NCBI GenBank assembly: GCA_963702895.1
Contig: OY969767.1
Coordinates: forward strand, 2,144,001 to 2,208,000
Origin: an uncultured Elusimicrobia bacterium
GTDB taxonomy: Bacteria; Elusimicrobiota; Elusimicrobia; 2-01-FULL-59-12
Direction: 5' to 3'
Length of the DNA: 64,000 nt
Positions 61,328 to 64,000 of the stretch are shown one piece after another (position 1 is the stretch's first letter; each line of letters opens with the position of its first letter). The notes beneath the pieces are model-generated. The model did no database searches, was not told the DNA's origin, and saw nothing but the letters and a program-made list of their open reading frames with translations. The position numbers and the translations under genes were made by a program.

Positions 61328-64000
61328 TTATTTGATCACCACCACTTTCCCCGTCTTTTTGGCTCCGCCTTCCGCCTTCAGGTGATAGACGTAGATCCCC
61401 GAGGCCACCCGGTCGCCGCTTTCATTCGTCAGGTCCCAGATGACGGAGCTGCTTGAGCTCGGAAGCGTCTTCACGTGGTGCCCCGAGACCGTGAAGATCT
61501 TGATCTCGGTATCGATCGTGAGACTGTCAAAAGTGACCGACCTCGCCGCGTGCCGGTCGCTCCGCCAAGGGTTGGGATAGACCCGGACCTGATCGAGATT
61601 GGCTGACACCAGCGTTACCTGCGCCGAAGCCGGCGAAGAGGCGCTGCCGGAGGCGTCATGGGCCGTGACGGTCACGAGGTATGTTCCCAGGTCAAGGTTC
61701 TGCGCGGCGAGGCTTGCGACCGTAGAAGCCGTGGTGAAAGAGGCGCTTGGAGCATGTCCCGCACTTAGCGTCCCGTGTCTCGCGTCTTGCGTCTCGCGTC
61801 CGACGTCAACCGCTGTCGGTGCTGGACTCGGGACCCGGGACTCGGGACTCGAGACTTGTGACGCGGGACTCGAGACTCGGGACTCGGGACGGTTCACCTG
61901 AACAAACGTCCAACTGAAATACGCCGGCGCCACAGACCCGCCGTAGCCGGCGCGCACTTCGGCGTTCACCGGCAAATACGCGGGCAAATTCAGTGTCGGT
62001 GTGGAGAGGCTCCCGGGCGGGGGAGGTGACGGCGGAGGGGGTGGCGGCAGCACGATCGGACAGCTACCCGAGGGGCAATACTCATAGGCACCTGCCTCCG
62101 GGGCACTCCCATCGTAGGCCAGAGACACCCCTTGTCCGCTCGTCCAGCTCAGAGAACGATCCACGGTCAAGGTCTTGGAAGTATAGTCAACCGCCAACAC
62201 ACGCGCGCGCTGCGCACTTCCCAGCAATTGGATCAGATCTCCCTCCACGATGCCCCATCCATCCATAAAGTAATTCGCGTTTTCCACGACGAAGGAGGTG
62301 CCCGACCCGGATGCGGAAGTGACGCTCGTCAGCGCTCCGCCCGCATCGATACAAGGACTGGTGCTCTGGAGATGCAGGTCGGGGGTCGTGTGGTCGGCGG
62401 GATCGCCCAGCGTGAGGCTCGCGCTGACAAACTTCGGATCCCCTTGAACGTCGCCATTCCAGTTATGGGCGAAGATCTGCACAGCCATGATCCCTTTGCG
62501 ATCGGGCGTGTTGATGTTGTACTCGCCGAAGGGAATGCGGTGCCCATAGAGCAGATTGTTCTTGAGCACATTGTCTCGAATCACGAGGCTCCCGCTATAG
62601 ATGCCAAACCCGATGCCGGAACTCATGTGATCGGTGGGGTCATAGGGGTTGAAGCCGTTGTGGAAAAAAGTGTTGTTGTACACCGCATTGGAGAAAATGC
62701 TCTGCAGGTAACTCGAGGTGAGGCTCATGCTCAAGCCGGCGCTGATGTTGTGGTAGAAACGGTTGAACCGCACAATATTGTGGCTTGAATTGAGTGCCGC
62801 ACCGGAGGCTCCGTTGTTGTCGGAAGGATCGGCGGAATAGGCGATCTGATTATTTTCTAAGAGATTGCGGCCGCCGTTCTCACTGTAGCCGCCAAACGAG
62901 AGATTGCGATTGCCGTAGAGGACCGCCCCGCGGTCGGACGCCGCCGTCCCCATCGACCAGGGCTCATTATGGACATAGTTGCGGCGCAACACGTTGTACA
63001 TCCCGTAAACACCCACGACATGGTGTCCGCCGTGGAAGAAGGTGTTGTCCTCGATCAGGTTATAGCGAGTTGCATCGGTTCTCCCCTCTTCGCTGCCGAT
63101 GTCGAGCACACAGCCATGGTCATCGGCGTCATAGTAACCGTATTTGGAGAATCGGCAGTGATGGATCCAGTTATGCTGGGAGCTCAGCGAAATTCTGGAA
63201 CCGCTCCAGGCACCGGCGCTCGAGCCTTGATCAAAATTACAGTAGGCGATGATGTTGTGATTGGCCCCGTTTTGCAAAAACATGAAGCGGTAAAGAGAAT
63301 GAAAGTTGATGCCCTGGACGGTAATGTAGGACTTGCCGTTGAGAGAAATGCCGTCCATGATGCCCGCAATCGTGACGACATCGGTGCCAAAATTTCGGTA
63401 CGTGATTCTCTGGGTCGAGGTGCCCGAACGCGCCGGAACAATGGCGTTGCTGTAGGTCCCTGCCTTGATGTAGACCGTGTCGCCCGCCAGCAGGGTTTGA
63501 TTGGCTTTGGTGATGGTTTTCCACGGCTGGCTGAGCGTGCCGGGATTTGCATCGTTCCCGGTGGCCTGGTCGACATAGTAAACCCCGCCTTCCAAGGTCA
63601 GCGGATGAGGATAGGGATAGGGGGTGTAATAGGCCGTCCAGGTGTTGGGGGCCGTGCACTTATACAATGTTCCGGAGATTGGCTGGGCAGGATGAGTACC
63701 GATATTCGCGGATTCGACCACGGAGCAGTTCTGATGGGTTGCCCAGTAACCAACTCCGGTGGTGCAGGTCGCGGGAAGTTTGTCAAAGCTGCCGCATCCA
63801 ATCCCCGTTGAGCCGTCAAAGGAGGAGGCATAATTAAAGAATTCTGAATTTTCTTTTATGACATTGCAGCAATCGTTGACCACTTGGTACTGCGAAGTGT
63901 GGTCAGGAATAACATCCCAGTTTAATTTTGTTGTCAGGCGTGTGTTCGTGATGCTATCAAGCTGGCGAAATTGTCCTGTGCCGGTTCCGCTCAGTATTTT
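61328..64000 (-). CDS. Secreted multi-beta-helix protein with CTD; array gene 1 (5' end beyond window)
   Basis: Frame is open to position 64000; YYTPYPYPHPL, YYVDQATGND.NPGT..QPWKTI, CTD. Confidence 0.82.
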   Translation of the reverse strand, partial: KILSGTGTGQFRQLDSITNTRLTTKLNWDVIPDHTSQYQVVNDCCNVIKENSEFFNYASSFDGSTGIGCGSFDKLPATCTTGVGYWATHQNCSVVESANIGTHPAQPISGTLYKCTAPNTWTAYYTPYPYPHPLTLEGGVYYVDQATGNDANPGTLSQPWKTITKANQTLLAGDTVYIKAGTYSNAIVPARSGTSTQRITYRNFGTDVVTIAGIMDGISLNGKSYITVQGINFHSLYRFMFLQNGANHNIIAYCNFDQGSSAGAWSGSRISLSSQHNWIHHCRFSKYGYYDADDHGCVLDIGSEEGRTDATRYNLIEDNTFFHGGHHVVGVYGMYNVLRRNYVHNEPWSMGTAASDRGAVLYGNRNLSFGGYSENGGRNLLENNQIAYSADPSDNNGASGAALNSSHNIVRFNRFYHNISAGLSMSLTSSYLQSIFSNAVYNNTFFHNGFNPYDPTDHMSSGIGFGIYSGSLVIRDNVLKNNLLYGHRIPFGEYNINTPDRKGIMAVQIFAHNWNGDVQGDPKFVSASLTLGDPADHTTPDLHLQSTSPCIDAGGALTSVTSASGSGTSFVVENANYFMDGWGIVEGDLIQLLGSAQRARVLAVDYTSKTLTVDRSLSWTSGQGVSLAYDGSAPEAGAYEYCPSGSCPIVLPPPPPPSPPPPGSLSTPTLNLPAYLPVNAEVRAGYGGSVAPAYFSWTFVQVNRPESRVSSPASQVSSPESRVPSPAPTAVDVGRETQDARHGTLSAGHAPSASFTTASTVASLAAQNLDLGTYLVTVTAHDASGSASSPASAQVTLVSANLDQVRVYPNPWRSDRHAARSVTFDSLTIDTEIKIFTVSGHHVKTLPSSSSSVIWDLTNESGDRVASGIYVYHLKAEGGAKKTGKVVVIK

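Noticed and set aside
41276..64000. Possible diversity-generating retroelement or shufflon behind the array
   Set aside because: No reverse transcriptase or recombinase in the window, no evident adenine-specific TR/VR pair, and all modules are in the same orientation

Overview
Bacterial, GC-rich chromosomal window. The divergent EF-Tu switch-I motif and the YPNP/FlgD-Ig C-terminal domains suggest Elusimicrobiota or a related lineage (inference). Positions 1-41 kb hold mostly housekeeping genes. These are a biotin cluster (bioB-fabG-fabF-like-bioF ... bioD-bioA) split by a small insert, a glycosyltransferase cassette, proA-nadD-LCP-rsfS-argS, dsbA-like, NlpC/P60, clpB, long-form ispG, greA, and tuf-rpmG-[IS1380]-tRNA-Trp-secE-nusG-rplK-rplA preceded by tRNA-Gly/Thr. 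From 41.3 kb to beyond the right edge lies a tandem array of at least 7 large secreted modular proteins, six of them beta-helix type, sharing a near-identical ~85-aa C-terminal domain. A Phd/RelE-ParE toxin-antitoxin operon is nested antisense inside one array reading frame. The most unusual signal is a layered repeat system: (i) a ~20-bp hairpin unit that inserts at CG dinucleotides, including tRNA T-loops, next to duplicated or nested tRNA copies; (ii) REP-like palindromes; (iii) several families of 7/8/17-mer fold-back tandem repeats. Many of these sit in-frame inside conserved proteins (BioA, BioF, FabF-like, ArgS, ClpB, IspG) and in the leaders and linkers of the secreted proteins.
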